A DNA stretch of 62,143 nucleotides from Candidatus Cloacimonadota bacterium (GTDB taxonomy: Bacteria > Cloacimonadota > Cloacimonadia > JGIOTU-2), in the NCBI GenBank assembly GCA_023129415.1, contig JAGMCF010000110.1, forward strand, positions 1 through 62,143, written 5' to 3'. A program made the translations under genes and the position numbers. This document shows positions 7,635 through 17,270 of the stretch, piece after piece. Under the pieces are notes generated by a model. It was given only the letters and a program-made list of their open reading frames with translations, was not told the origin of the DNA and searched no databases. Each line of letters opens with the position of its first letter. Within the stretch, counting starts at the first letter, position 1.

Positions 7635-9671
7635 ATGATTTTTTTTATACTGGCTATTATATCAGCAACTCTCGTCTTTTTTTACTATAGAAAAACAAAC
7701 CCTCATATCTCAACTTCTTTAAAATGGATACTTGGTGTAATTCGTTTTTTGTTCTTCTTTATTGTGCTTATACTTCTGATAACTCCAATCTTACACTTTC
7801 ATAAGAGAAAAAAACAACATCCTTTTTCAGCAATAGCCCTTGATATAAGCGGAAGTATGAATCAGATGCTTGATAATGGAGAGACAAAAATTTCAATTTC
7901 AAAAAAATTTATCTCAAAATTAGAGGACTTTCATAACAAAAAGGACATTAATTACAAAATCTATAATTTTAGTAATGGATTAGAAGATGATACTTTACGG
8001 ACAGATATCTTTCTTTCTTTAAATCAAATTCAGAAAAAAGAAAAAGACCAGAACCTCTCTGATATAATTCTCATCTCTGATGGCTTAAACCATAATAACA
8101 ATAATTTTCCTATCCTGAAAGAGATTAATATCCCTGTTTCAGTTGTCATTCTTGGTGAGAATCCACAATATGCTGATATATCCATAAAAGATATAATTAC
8201 TAATAATCCAGTTTATCTTAATACAGAAACCGAGATAAAAACAATTGTGGAAAGTAATCAAGATAATCAAAATATTATTATCAAATTATGGGATGAAGAT
8301 AGATTAGTATCCACTAAGAAATTTCCTAACATTCAGAAAGTAGATGAGTTATTGCTTTCATATAAACCAGTAAGCATTGGATTCAAAAAAATGAGGGTTT
8401 CAGTAGAATTAGAACAAGGTTATGAATCAAACTTACTGAATAATCAAAGGGAATTCCTTCTAAATGTTGTAAAAGACCGAGTAAAAATTCTTATTCTCAC
8501 TTCACAACTAAACTGGGATGCCACCTTTATCCATAGAGTATTGAAACAAAATGAAAAGTTTACTGTCAATCTTGTTGAAAAACGGAAGGATGGATACTAT
8601 TTTGAGAATGATAATATTTCCGTATTTGATTTCCTGATTCAATCTGACCTTTTAATAATGCATAATAGAAATAAATTTAATCTGACGGATAAAGAGTATA
8701 ATGAAATAAGAGATTTTGTCAAACGAGGTGGAAATCTAATCTATATTGACAGGATTGATAAAAAATTGAGTGATTTATTACCGTTGGTAGAAAGCAAGTA
8801 TAAAGAAGAAATCAACACAAATATTTTATTAACCTCCAATGCAGATAATTATCAAACTTTTTCAATTATAAGAAATGGAAAAGAAATGAGAAAGTTATGG
8901 CAAGAACTCCCACCAATTTATGCCAATTTTTATTCTCCAAAGAAAAATGTTGAAATTCTAGCTATTGCAGACCTCTCAACACAGAATCCTGTTATTGTGT
9001 TATCATCATATTTTAATGGAAATGTTTTAATGTTTGCTGGAAATGATTTCTATCGTTGGAAAATGTGGGAAGACATAGAAAATGAATGGTTTGATGAATT
9101 CTTTAACTCAATAGTAAACTGGTTTATCAATACTGATATTAGAAAGCGTTTTCTATGCACAACTAATAAACTCCAGTATATGGAAGGTGAGCCAGTAGAT
9201 TTTTCGGCTCTTATTTTCGATGAAAAGATGAATACAATTTCAAGACAGGATATCCTACTGAAAATAAAAAAGGCAGATGAAATAATAGAGAAATACTTAA
9301 CCGAGAAAAATAATAAATATATCACAACAATTGACGGTTTAGGAAAAGGGAAATACAATTTTCAAGCTGAATGTGTGTTAGGAAATAATTTGATAACTTC
9401 TAAGGGTGAATTCCTGATTGAATCTATTCCCCTTGAAGAAAGTTCTACTGGAATCAATAAATCATTTCTAACATTTATTGCATCACAAACTGACGGGAAA
9501 ATAATTGAAACTGAAGAAGATTTTGAACAACTTTTGACCTTACAAAGAGAACAAAAGCAAGTCATATCAACAAATGAACTTGAATTATGGAAAAAATGGT
9601 ATATTCCGGTGATTGCTATTTTCTTAATCTCATTAGAACTTTTTATCAGGAAAAGAAAGGGATTATTATGA
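7635..9671 (+). CDS. Membrane protein with vWA-like (DISGS) and GATase-like domains
   Basis: Two N-terminal TM helices, DxSxS, ISDG, C-terminal TM ending RKRKGL. Confidence 0.7.
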   Translation: MIFFILAIISATLVFFYYRKTNPHISTSLKWILGVIRFLFFFIVLILLITPILHFHKRKKQHPFSAIALDISGSMNQMLDNGETKISISKKFISKLEDFHNKKDINYKIYNFSNGLEDDTLRTDIFLSLNQIQKKEKDQNLSDIILISDGLNHNNNNFPILKEINIPVSVVILGENPQYADISIKDIITNNPVYLNTETEIKTIVESNQDNQNIIIKLWDEDRLVSTKKFPNIQKVDELLLSYKPVSIGFKKMRVSVELEQGYESNLLNNQREFLLNVVKDRVKILILTSQLNWDATFIHRVLKQNEKFTVNLVEKRKDGYYFENDNISVFDFLIQSDLLIMHNRNKFNLTDKEYNEIRDFVKRGGNLIYIDRIDKKLSDLLPLVESKYKEEINTNILLTSNADNYQTFSIIRNGKEMRKLWQELPPIYANFYSPKKNVEILAIADLSTQNPVIVLSSYFNGNVLMFAGNDFYRWKMWEDIENEWFDEFFNSIVNWFINTDIRKRFLCTTNKLQYMEGEPVDFSALIFDEKMNTISRQDILLKIKKADEIIEKYLTEKNNKYITTIDGLGKGKYNFQAECVLGNNLITSKGEFLIESIPLEESSTGINKSFLTFIASQTDGKIIETEEDFEQLLTLQREQKQVISTNELELWKKWYIPVIAIFLISLELFIRKRKGLL

Positions 9672-10216
9672 TACAATGTGATTATAAAAATGCAGTAAAA
9701 AGAATGGACAGGCCTTCTCGTCTAGCTTTAGTGGTTTCAAAATCAGGAAATAGGGGAGCAAATATTATTACTCTTGGTTGGTTTATGAGGACTTCTATCC
9801 AACCGCCTATGTTTGCAATTTCAGTAGGACTTACAAGATATTCACATGAACTTCTATCTGAAAATAGAAAATTTGTTCTTTCAATTCCTTCAACAAAAAT
9901 GGCTGAACAGGTTCTACAATGCGGAACACAAACAGGAATGAATGTTAATAAAATTGAGGAGTTTAATATAAAAGTAAAAAGAGGAAAATTATCTGATATA
10001 CCGATTTTGATAGATGCCGTTGCAAATTTTGAATGCAAAACTATAACTCAAATCCGAAGTGGTGACCATACAATCTTTATAGGAGAAGTGAAGTACTCCT
10101 GGCAGAATGAAAATCCCAATTTGGAACAATTATTATCAATTCCAGATGATGAAAATTATGTAGCTTTAGCCAAGGTTGGGAATTATATTGTTGGGAAAAT
10201 AAATCAAGATGATTGA
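9668..10216 (+). CDS. Flavin reductase family protein
   Basis: GDHTIFIGEV motif; start moved to ATG 9668 (ATGA overlap). Confidence 0.85.
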   Translation: MIQCDYKNAVKRMDRPSRLALVVSKSGNRGANIITLGWFMRTSIQPPMFAISVGLTRYSHELLSENRKFVLSIPSTKMAEQVLQCGTQTGMNVNKIEEFNIKVKRGKLSDIPILIDAVANFECKTITQIRSGDHTIFIGEVKYSWQNENPNLEQLLSIPDDENYVALAKVGNYIVGKINQDD

Positions 10217-10269
10217 ATGTACTTTAGTATTTCCATTCTCAGAAATTTCTAATTTATGAAAACTATTTA

Positions 10270-10390
10270 GTGTCTGTCCGTAAATGTAGAACGAGGTTCT
10301 TAGCTCGTTTTCTTAAGGCATATTTTAAGCCTATTTACTTTAACGACCTTGGAAGGTCGTTCTACAAACAGTGAGTTTACGGACAGACAT
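10270..10390. mobile_element. MITE-like element with TIR GTGTCTGTCCGTAAA enclosing two inverted GTAG-REP hairpins
   Basis: 15-bp TIR with one mismatch; flanking tattta direct repeat; inverted homologue at 58879-59077. Confidence 0.8.
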
Positions 10391-10424
10391 TATTTAGTAT
10401 TATTTTCTTATTTGACTTTAAAAT

Positions 10425-10988
10425 ATGTATGAAAAAGAATCATTAATTCCTTCTGAACATATAGATAATCTTATCTTGCAGATTAGAAATCAAAATGTTA
10501 TTATTGATGCTGATTTAGCAAAAATATATGGGGTAACTACAAAAAAGTTGAATCAAGCAGTAAAAAGAAATAGTAAAAGGTTTCCTCCTGATTTTATGTT
10601 TCAATTGAACCAAAAGGAGAAATCAGAGCTGGTCACAATTTGTGACCACCTCTCTAATCTTAAATATTCACCATATTTGCCATATGTCTTTACTGAGCAT
10701 GGAGCAGTTATGATAGCTTCAGTATTAAATTCTGAACGCGCAATTATTGTAAGTGTCTATGTGGTGAGAGCATTTATACGATTGAGGAAAATGATTTCTT
10801 CAAATAAAGAAATGGTTTTTAAATTAAATAAAATTGAACAAAAAGTAGAAACCCATGATAAAGCAATAGTACATTTAATAAACACTATTCGTAAGTTAAT
10901 GACTCCAAAAAAAATTCCAAGAAAAAAAATCGGTTTTCAAATTGAATCAAAAAAAGTTGATAAAAAAAGAAATGATTCATCATTATAA
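10425..10988 (+). CDS. ORF6N domain DNA-binding protein
   Basis: DLAKIYGVTTKKLNQAVKRN..RFPPDFMFQL..PYVFTEHG; ends KIGF. Confidence 0.9.
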   Translation: MYEKESLIPSEHIDNLILQIRNQNVIIDADLAKIYGVTTKKLNQAVKRNSKRFPPDFMFQLNQKEKSELVTICDHLSNLKYSPYLPYVFTEHGAVMIASVLNSERAIIVSVYVVRAFIRLRKMISSNKEMVFKLNKIEQKVETHDKAIVHLINTIRKLMTPKKIPRKKIGFQIESKKVDKKRNDSSL

Positions 10989-11033
10989 ATATTCTCAAAG
11001 GTAATGAAAATAATTTAAAAAGGAGTTAAAGAA

Positions 11034-11103
11034 ATGGTTTTTCAAATATCAAAATATGAAACCCAAAATAGGCAAAAATGTTTTCACCGCAGAATATGCA
11101 ATG
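11034..11103 (+). pseudogene. 5' relic of a gamma-carbonic-anhydrase-family gene
   Basis: AAGGAG RBS; removing one T from the T5 run gives MVFKYQNMKPKIGKNVFTAEYA. Confidence 0.5.
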
Positions 11104-11118
11104 AATTACTTAAAAAAT

Positions 11119-11433
11119 ATGAGACATAAATGCTCAAAATCCTCAATTTGATTAGAGGATGGGACACAAAGGAGCATGAAAATATATAAGACTATTATTG
11201 ATAATTTTTAGAGTAGGCGAGTTCATCCCTGCCCGCCAAGGCTTGGCAGGCGGGCTTCGTAGAATGGATCTCTCTTGTTATGCTGAAACAGGATAAACCT
11301 GTTTCTACCCATCCCACAACTTGTGGGTATCCCCAATTTAATTGGGGATGGGTTTATCCCAAATCTAAATAAAGTGAAATTATAAAATAATTACTTTGTG
11401 TCTTTGAGTCTTTGTGGTAATGAATTTTTCTCA
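11119..11433 (+). mobile_element. ATGAAA-head element, degenerate copy upstream of lpdA
   Basis: ATGAGACATAAATG..GGGACACAAAGGAGCATGAAAAT at 11119-11183; REP hairpin shared with copy 1. Confidence 0.7.
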
Positions 11434-11443
11434 GGAGGAAAGA

Positions 11444-12841
11444 TTGAAGAATTATACGGTAGCAATTATTGGCGGAGGTCCTGGAGGTTATGTAACTGCA
11501 ATACGATTAAAACAATATGGAATTGATGTAGTAGTTTTTGAAAAAGAAAGACTTGGTGGAGTGTGCCTGAATTGGGGTTGTATTCCGACAAAGACACTTG
11601 TTAAAGTTGCTGATTTATTTAGTGAATGTAAGCAAGCTTGCGAATTTGGCATTTCTCTGCAAAATCCAAAAATTAATTATGAGAAGATTTTCAATCGAAA
11701 AAATGAAGTAGTTAATAAACTTGTTTCAGGTGTTGAATTCATTTTCAAAAAACGAAATATACCTGTCATATATGAAAAAGTCACCAAAATTCAACAAAAC
11801 GATGAAGACTACACAATCCTAACAGAAAATTCCCAAATAAATTCAAAATATGTCATACTTGCTACAGGTTCTGTTCCTAAGGAACTACCTACTTTGATAT
11901 TTGACAGTGAAAATATCCTTTCTTCCAAAGATATACTAAAGATGGAAACACTCCCTGAAAAATTGGCTGTTGTGGGTGGAGGAGTAATTGGTTGTGAATT
12001 TGCATCAATTTTTTCACAATTGGGTTTACAGGTTGAAATAATTGAATTTTTACCAAGTTTAGTAAATACAGAAGACATTGAAATATCCAAAAGACTTGCA
12101 ATAGCTTTAAAAAAATCTGGTATAAAAATTCATTTGAATACTGCTGTAGAAGGCTATAAGAAAATCAATGATAAAATACATCTAATGCTTTCCAACGGTA
12201 AAACTGTTGTAACAAATAAGGTTCTAATAAGTATCGGAAGGACTCCTCAATGCAATATTGAATTTATAAATTGTTATCTTGAAAATGATGGTAGTGCTAT
12301 AAAAATAGATAATAATTTCGAAACAAACCTTCCAAATATTTTTGCGATAGGGGATGTAACTGGTAAAATGCTTTTAGCACACACAGCAAGCAAGCAGGGT
12401 TTAATCACTGCTGAAATAATACGAAATGAATTAGAGGGGAATAACATAAAAACAGAAAAATTAATATATGAAAATATACCTCGTTGTACTTTCACCAATC
12501 CAGAAATAGGTTCCGTTGGCTTAACCGAGAGACAAGCAAGGGATAAATTTGAAGAAATCCTTATAGGGAAATTTCCTTTTACTGCTAATGGCAAAGCACT
12601 ATGTTTGGGAAATACATTTGGTTTTGTTAAAACTGTTGCAGATAAAGAAAGTCAAAAATTAGTTGGAATGCATATTATTGGTCCACATGCCACTGAGCTA
12701 ATAGCAGAAGGTGCAATTTTGATTAGTAATGGTGTGACTATTAAGGAAGCTGAGAAAATCGTCTATGCTCATCCAACACTTTCAGAGGTTGTTGCAGAAT
12801 CAATTGAAGACCTCAAAAATCTTGCTATACATAAGATATAA
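11444..12841 (+). CDS. lpdA: Dihydrolipoamide dehydrogenase
   Basis: GGGPGGY, GGVCLNWGCIP and HPTLSE motifs; TTG start after AGGAGG. Confidence 0.95.
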   Translation: MKNYTVAIIGGGPGGYVTAIRLKQYGIDVVVFEKERLGGVCLNWGCIPTKTLVKVADLFSECKQACEFGISLQNPKINYEKIFNRKNEVVNKLVSGVEFIFKKRNIPVIYEKVTKIQQNDEDYTILTENSQINSKYVILATGSVPKELPTLIFDSENILSSKDILKMETLPEKLAVVGGGVIGCEFASIFSQLGLQVEIIEFLPSLVNTEDIEISKRLAIALKKSGIKIHLNTAVEGYKKINDKIHLMLSNGKTVVTNKVLISIGRTPQCNIEFINCYLENDGSAIKIDNNFETNLPNIFAIGDVTGKMLLAHTASKQGLITAEIIRNELEGNNIKTEKLIYENIPRCTFTNPEIGSVGLTERQARDKFEEILIGKFPFTANGKALCLGNTFGFVKTVADKESQKLVGMHIIGPHATELIAEGAILISNGVTIKEAEKIVYAHPTLSEVVAESIEDLKNLAIHKI

Positions 12842-12900
12842 TTGAATTCTTGAAAGTAATGACAATAACTCAGTTTTAAATTAGTATCTTATCAATAAAA

Positions 12901-13415
12901 TTCGTGCCTGCCCTGTTAAATTTATTTTCTATTTAACTGGGGTAATTTTTGGTTCACCCTTCGTAGTCCCGATTATATCGGGACGGAGAACGGGCAAGAT
13001 ATTTTTATTCTGCCTTGAGATTCTTTTATAAAGGCTATTTAAATGACTAATTACTCCCGACCTATCGGGACTAATTTCTAATAATCCGCCAGCTGGCGGA
13101 CAAATATCAAATACCAAATATAAAAGGATTAGTCTTCGGAGATTTTGTTTTGGCATGATTTGACATTCTTGCCCCGTTAGATAGTAAAGATGGTAGGAAT
13201 TATAACTTTATTAGAGTAGGAAGGTGTTAGAACCTAAATTGGAAAATATAAATCCTTTATCTAACGGGGTGAGGGCTTTGTCATTTTATTTGACATTAGT
13301 CCCGACTTGTCGGGAAGAAATTATTGGCTTTATTACTGATTAATATTTCCTGTTTGGTTCTGCCCGCCCCGTTAAATTTTCTTTTCTATTTAACTGGGGG
13401 CTTGTCCAGGTTAGG
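12901..13415. repeat. Pile-up of nested mini-palindromic elements
   Basis: Elements at 12907-12942, 12953-12995, 13055-13070, 13085-13100, 13172-13269, 13300-13315 and 13363-13399. Confidence 0.8.
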
Positions 13416-13416
13416 T

Positions 13417-13671
13417 TTATTCTAAAGAAAGAGTTTTCATAATTAGCTCAATCAGTTCATACGCTATTTCTTTATCCTTTCTAAAAACCATTATTTCAAT
13501 ATATGATTTTTTATCACTGTATTCAAAATATCTTCCAATAAAAAGACCTTTTCTTTTAAAGCTAAAAGGGATATTATTCTCTTTCAGAACTTCAGATATT
13601 GCATCTAACTGCAAGCTATTATTCAACTTACATAAACTGACGATCTTTTGTTCTTCAATTTCTTCTTTCAT
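13417..13671 (-). CDS. DUF2007-like putative signal-transducing protein
   Basis: Pattern ISEVLKENNIPF..IEIMVFRKDKEIAYELI. Confidence 0.65.
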   Translation of the reverse strand: MKEEIEEQKIVSLCKLNNSLQLDAISEVLKENNIPFSFKRKGLFIGRYFEYSDKKSYIEIMVFRKDKEIAYELIELIMKTLSLE

Positions 13672-13692
13672 AAAATTCTCAAATGATATTTA

Positions 13693-15792
13693 TCAAACCA
13701 GCTCAAATTCAATTTTGTGTTCAACTTTTTTTACCCTTACTTGAACCTTCTGGCATAAGAAAAACTTGCGGCTTTTCCTTGTCCCAACTACACAATATTT
13801 TTTATTATTAAACTGATAAAAATCATCAGTTATGGATGATAGAGGAATAAATCCCTCAATAGGGTATTTATCCAATTCAACAAATATATTTTTATTATTA
13901 AAATTTACAATTAAAGCTTTGAAATCTTTACCAATATTTTCTTTCATAAACCTGTTTTTCTTCAAATTTCCTAAAGTTCTTTCTGCATTCATTGCAACTA
14001 CTTCCATTTCTGATGACCTTTGAGCAAATGTTTTGATTTCTTGTAATGAAAATTTTGCTGTTGACCATTCAAAGACATATTGTTTAAGAAGATGATGAAC
14101 AATAAGATCTGGAAATCTTCTAATCGGGGATGTAAAATGAGTATATGATTTTAATGCTAAACCAAAGTGTCCGATATTTCTATAAGAATACTTTGCTTTC
14201 ATAAGACTTCTTAAAAGTAGGTTATCAAAAACTCTGTGATGATTTTCATCTTTTATAGAATTCAAATATTGCTTTAATGCTAAGTTCTGGTTCTTATGAA
14301 CGAAATTTAAATTATAATTATATGATCTTACTAACAAAGCAAATTCACCCATTTTGGCAGGTTCAGGTGGTTCATGAATACGAAAGATTGCAGAACTACA
14401 TTTTTTTGCAATTAATTCTGCAATATATTGATTTGCTTCAAGCATAAATTCTTCAATCAGTAGATGACTTTCTGTTTCCTTAGTCCGTAAAATATTTACA
14501 GGACTTCCATTTTCATCAAATTCAAATTCAGAGTCTGGTAGGTCAAAATCAAGACTACCTCGGTCATACCTTTTTTGAGTAAGGTAATTGGCTAAAGGGC
14601 GCATTTTAAATAAGATTTCCTGGATTTCTTGTTTGAGTTCAATGTTTTCACTCTCTTCAAATAAATGATCCACCTGTTGATAGTTTAGTCTCGAATCACT
14701 TCTAATTATGGAAAGAACCAATTCTCTGTTCATTCGATTAAAATTTTTATCATATTCAACAATTACAGAAACTGTTAGTCTATCACTTCCGGATTTTAAG
14801 CTACATAGGTTGTTACTAAGTTTTTCAGGTAGCATTGGTATCACATTTTGAAGCAGGTAAACACTTGTCCCTCTTTCGAAAGCTTCTTTGAAGATAGGGG
14901 AGTCAACTTCAACATAATGTGAAACATCAGCAATATGTACATAAAGTTTGTATCCTGCTGATGTCTCCTCAAAAGAAATTGCATCATCAAAGTCTTTTGC
15001 TGTAATCGGATCAATTGTAAAAGTTATGAGGTTTCTGAAGTCCTTTCTCTTTGCAATCTCCGTTGAATCAATATATTCATGAAATTCTAATGACTCATCA
15101 ACAACATATTTTGAGAAATCTTCAGGAAGATCATATTGTTTTAATACCGATAGAAAATCAATATTTGGATCGTTTGCGTCTCCCAATATCTCGGAAACTT
15201 TCCCTTTAGGAAGTATATTTTTTGTACGGTCTCCCCAGTTTGTGATATTTACTGTAACCTTTTTATCCACATACTCACCCTGATTTACTGATAAATCTAT
15301 CAACTCAATATAATTATCAATTTTGGGATTATCAGGAATGAGGAATATTTTTCCATTTAATTTATTTATATTTCCAATTATGTATTCATTTTTTCGTTCA
15401 ATGACCTTCAAGATTTTTCCAGTTGCTCCTCGATAATTTCGCTTTATGATAATAAATTCAACTATATCGTTATGATAAGCATTCAGACAATCTCTATCAA
15501 AGATTTTAACATCTTCTTCATCGGTCTTTACAAACCCAAAAGAATAGTTATTTGCCAAAGCAGAGGCATCAAAAGTACCAATAATTTTTTTGTAAATAGG
15601 TGGAGAGTGATACTTTTTGTTCTTTCTTACTATTTTATTATTCTTCTCTAATATAGAAAATGTTATCAAAAAATTGGCATAATCTTGCTTTTTTATTCTA
15701 AATATCTTTGCTAATTTTCTGATTGTGAATTCTTTGTTTGCATTCTTACGAAGGAAATTAAGTATTAACTCAGATTTCTTTTTCTTGGGCAT
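13693..15792 (-). CDS. rnr: Ribonuclease R
   Basis: TIDPITAKDFDDA and HFTSPIRRFPD motifs; C-terminal S1. Confidence 0.93.
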   Translation of the reverse strand: MPKKKKSELILNFLRKNANKEFTIRKLAKIFRIKKQDYANFLITFSILEKNNKIVRKNKKYHSPPIYKKIIGTFDASALANNYSFGFVKTDEEDVKIFDRDCLNAYHNDIVEFIIIKRNYRGATGKILKVIERKNEYIIGNINKLNGKIFLIPDNPKIDNYIELIDLSVNQGEYVDKKVTVNITNWGDRTKNILPKGKVSEILGDANDPNIDFLSVLKQYDLPEDFSKYVVDESLEFHEYIDSTEIAKRKDFRNLITFTIDPITAKDFDDAISFEETSAGYKLYVHIADVSHYVEVDSPIFKEAFERGTSVYLLQNVIPMLPEKLSNNLCSLKSGSDRLTVSVIVEYDKNFNRMNRELVLSIIRSDSRLNYQQVDHLFEESENIELKQEIQEILFKMRPLANYLTQKRYDRGSLDFDLPDSEFEFDENGSPVNILRTKETESHLLIEEFMLEANQYIAELIAKKCSSAIFRIHEPPEPAKMGEFALLVRSYNYNLNFVHKNQNLALKQYLNSIKDENHHRVFDNLLLRSLMKAKYSYRNIGHFGLALKSYTHFTSPIRRFPDLIVHHLLKQYVFEWSTAKFSLQEIKTFAQRSSEMEVVAMNAERTLGNLKKNRFMKENIGKDFKALIVNFNNKNIFVELDKYPIEGFIPLSSITDDFYQFNNKKYCVVGTRKSRKFFLCQKVQVRVKKVEHKIEFELV

Positions 15793-16244
15793 TAGAAACG
15801 GTTCCCGATCTTTTCCTCAAGAAAATTCAGGATATCTTCTCTTTCTTTTTGCTCTTTTGTAAATCTGATAGACTGACCTCTGAATCTATCGAGCCCTCTT
15901 GGTCGAGCAAAGGTGCTAAGCATTACACCTTTTTTATCAGCATAAAAACATTTGAACTCAGAATATTTTCTTTCCCGTTTAAACAATAAAACCTTAATGA
16001 AAACAAAATCATCATAAAATTCATAATAAGTGGGCACAAAATATGAAAATAGGGAAGAGAAAAGAAAAAATAATGATAATATTACCCAAAATAAATTATG
16101 TGTAATTGTAAAGACAAATACTGCTGCAAGTATAAAGAATGCAAAAACAAATAAAGTTTTTATTGGAAATTCAACAATAGGGAATGATATCCAAGAAAAT
16201 ATCGGTTTTTTCACAATGGGTGGATTCTTATTATTATTCGACAT
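15792..16244 (-). CDS. Hypothetical membrane protein
   Basis: Two TM helices; start moved to ATG 16244, overlapping the yicC stop. Confidence 0.75.
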   Translation of the reverse strand: MSNNNKNPPIVKKPIFSWISFPIVEFPIKTLFVFAFFILAAVFVFTITHNLFWVILSLFFLFSSLFSYFVPTYYEFYDDFVFIKVLLFKRERKYSEFKCFYADKKGVMLSTFARPRGLDRFRGQSIRFTKEQKEREDILNFLEEKIGNRF

Positions 16245-17121
16245 TAAATGCTTGTTCTTTACATTTTTCAATTTCTTCTTTTATCTTTAAAATTTCTGGA
16301 AAAATTGAAATATTGTTATATTTTGCTGATATTGTTGAAATTTCTCTTTGCATCTCCTGTATCACAAATATCATTGAAAGTCCGACAGGTTGGTCCTTTA
16401 TAGAAATTATTTCCCAAAATTTATTTAAGTGACTTTTAAATCTGACAATCTCTTCAGTTATATTTGATTTTTCATAGAGATATGTAACTTCTGAAATTAC
16501 TTTATCTTCATCAATTTTTTTTATATAATTTTCTAAAATCTTTTCTATTCGATTACTTGTTTTTGTCTTTAATTCTTGTATATAATTAGGAATTGATAAC
16601 TCAATAGTAGATAATGATATTTCAATTCTATTAATAGACTTTATAAAAAATTCTTCCAAATCCTCACCTTCTTTTTGTCGTACTTCTATTAGTCTTTGAA
16701 CTGCTTTTTTTACTAAATCAAGAATCAATTCTAAAAATTCCTGTGGATCATATTCTTCAATGGGGGATTTATAGACCTTTTCTAAACTAAAAATATCAGA
16801 GATTGAAATATTCGGCTTTAAATCAAATTTCTTTGAAATAACTTTAATTTGATCCAAATAGTTTCTTATTAAATCGTCTTTTAATAATTTTTTTTGAATT
16901 ATCTCCTTTTTTTCAATCATATATACAGTAATAAAAACACTACCTCTTCTAAGAAGTTCTGTAATCATCCTTTCAATTCTATAAGATATATATTCAGGAA
17001 ACTCTTTTGGAATTTTACATTTCACAGATAAATATTTATCATTTAAAGATTTTACTGTAATTTTTAAATCTATACCATTTTTTGTTAATTCTGCTATCCC
17101 GAAACCAGTCATACTTTTCAT
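16234..17121 (-). CDS. yicC: YicC/YloC family endoribonuclease
   Basis: MKSMTGFG start; ITEEIVRFKSHL and QEMQREISTISAK. Confidence 0.92.
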   Translation of the reverse strand: MKSMTGFGIAELTKNGIDLKITVKSLNDKYLSVKCKIPKEFPEYISYRIERMITELLRRGSVFITVYMIEKKEIIQKKLLKDDLIRNYLDQIKVISKKFDLKPNISISDIFSLEKVYKSPIEEYDPQEFLELILDLVKKAVQRLIEVRQKEGEDLEEFFIKSINRIEISLSTIELSIPNYIQELKTKTSNRIEKILENYIKKIDEDKVISEVTYLYEKSNITEEIVRFKSHLNKFWEIISIKDQPVGLSMIFVIQEMQREISTISAKYNNISIFPEILKIKEEIEKCKEQAFNVE

Positions 17122-17270
17122 ATTGAATCCTTTATATAATTTTTTATAAAATTACTTTATAAAATAGAATGTCAAGAAAATTTATACAATGGGGGAGGAG
17201 TTACTATCTTTCCTTATATTAATTGGTTGCCAAAACATCTATAAGTTTACATAATGTATATTATCATACA

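Noticed and set aside
12929-13156. 75-aa ORF containing PPAGG and PDRSG
   Set aside because: Translation of stacked palindromes.
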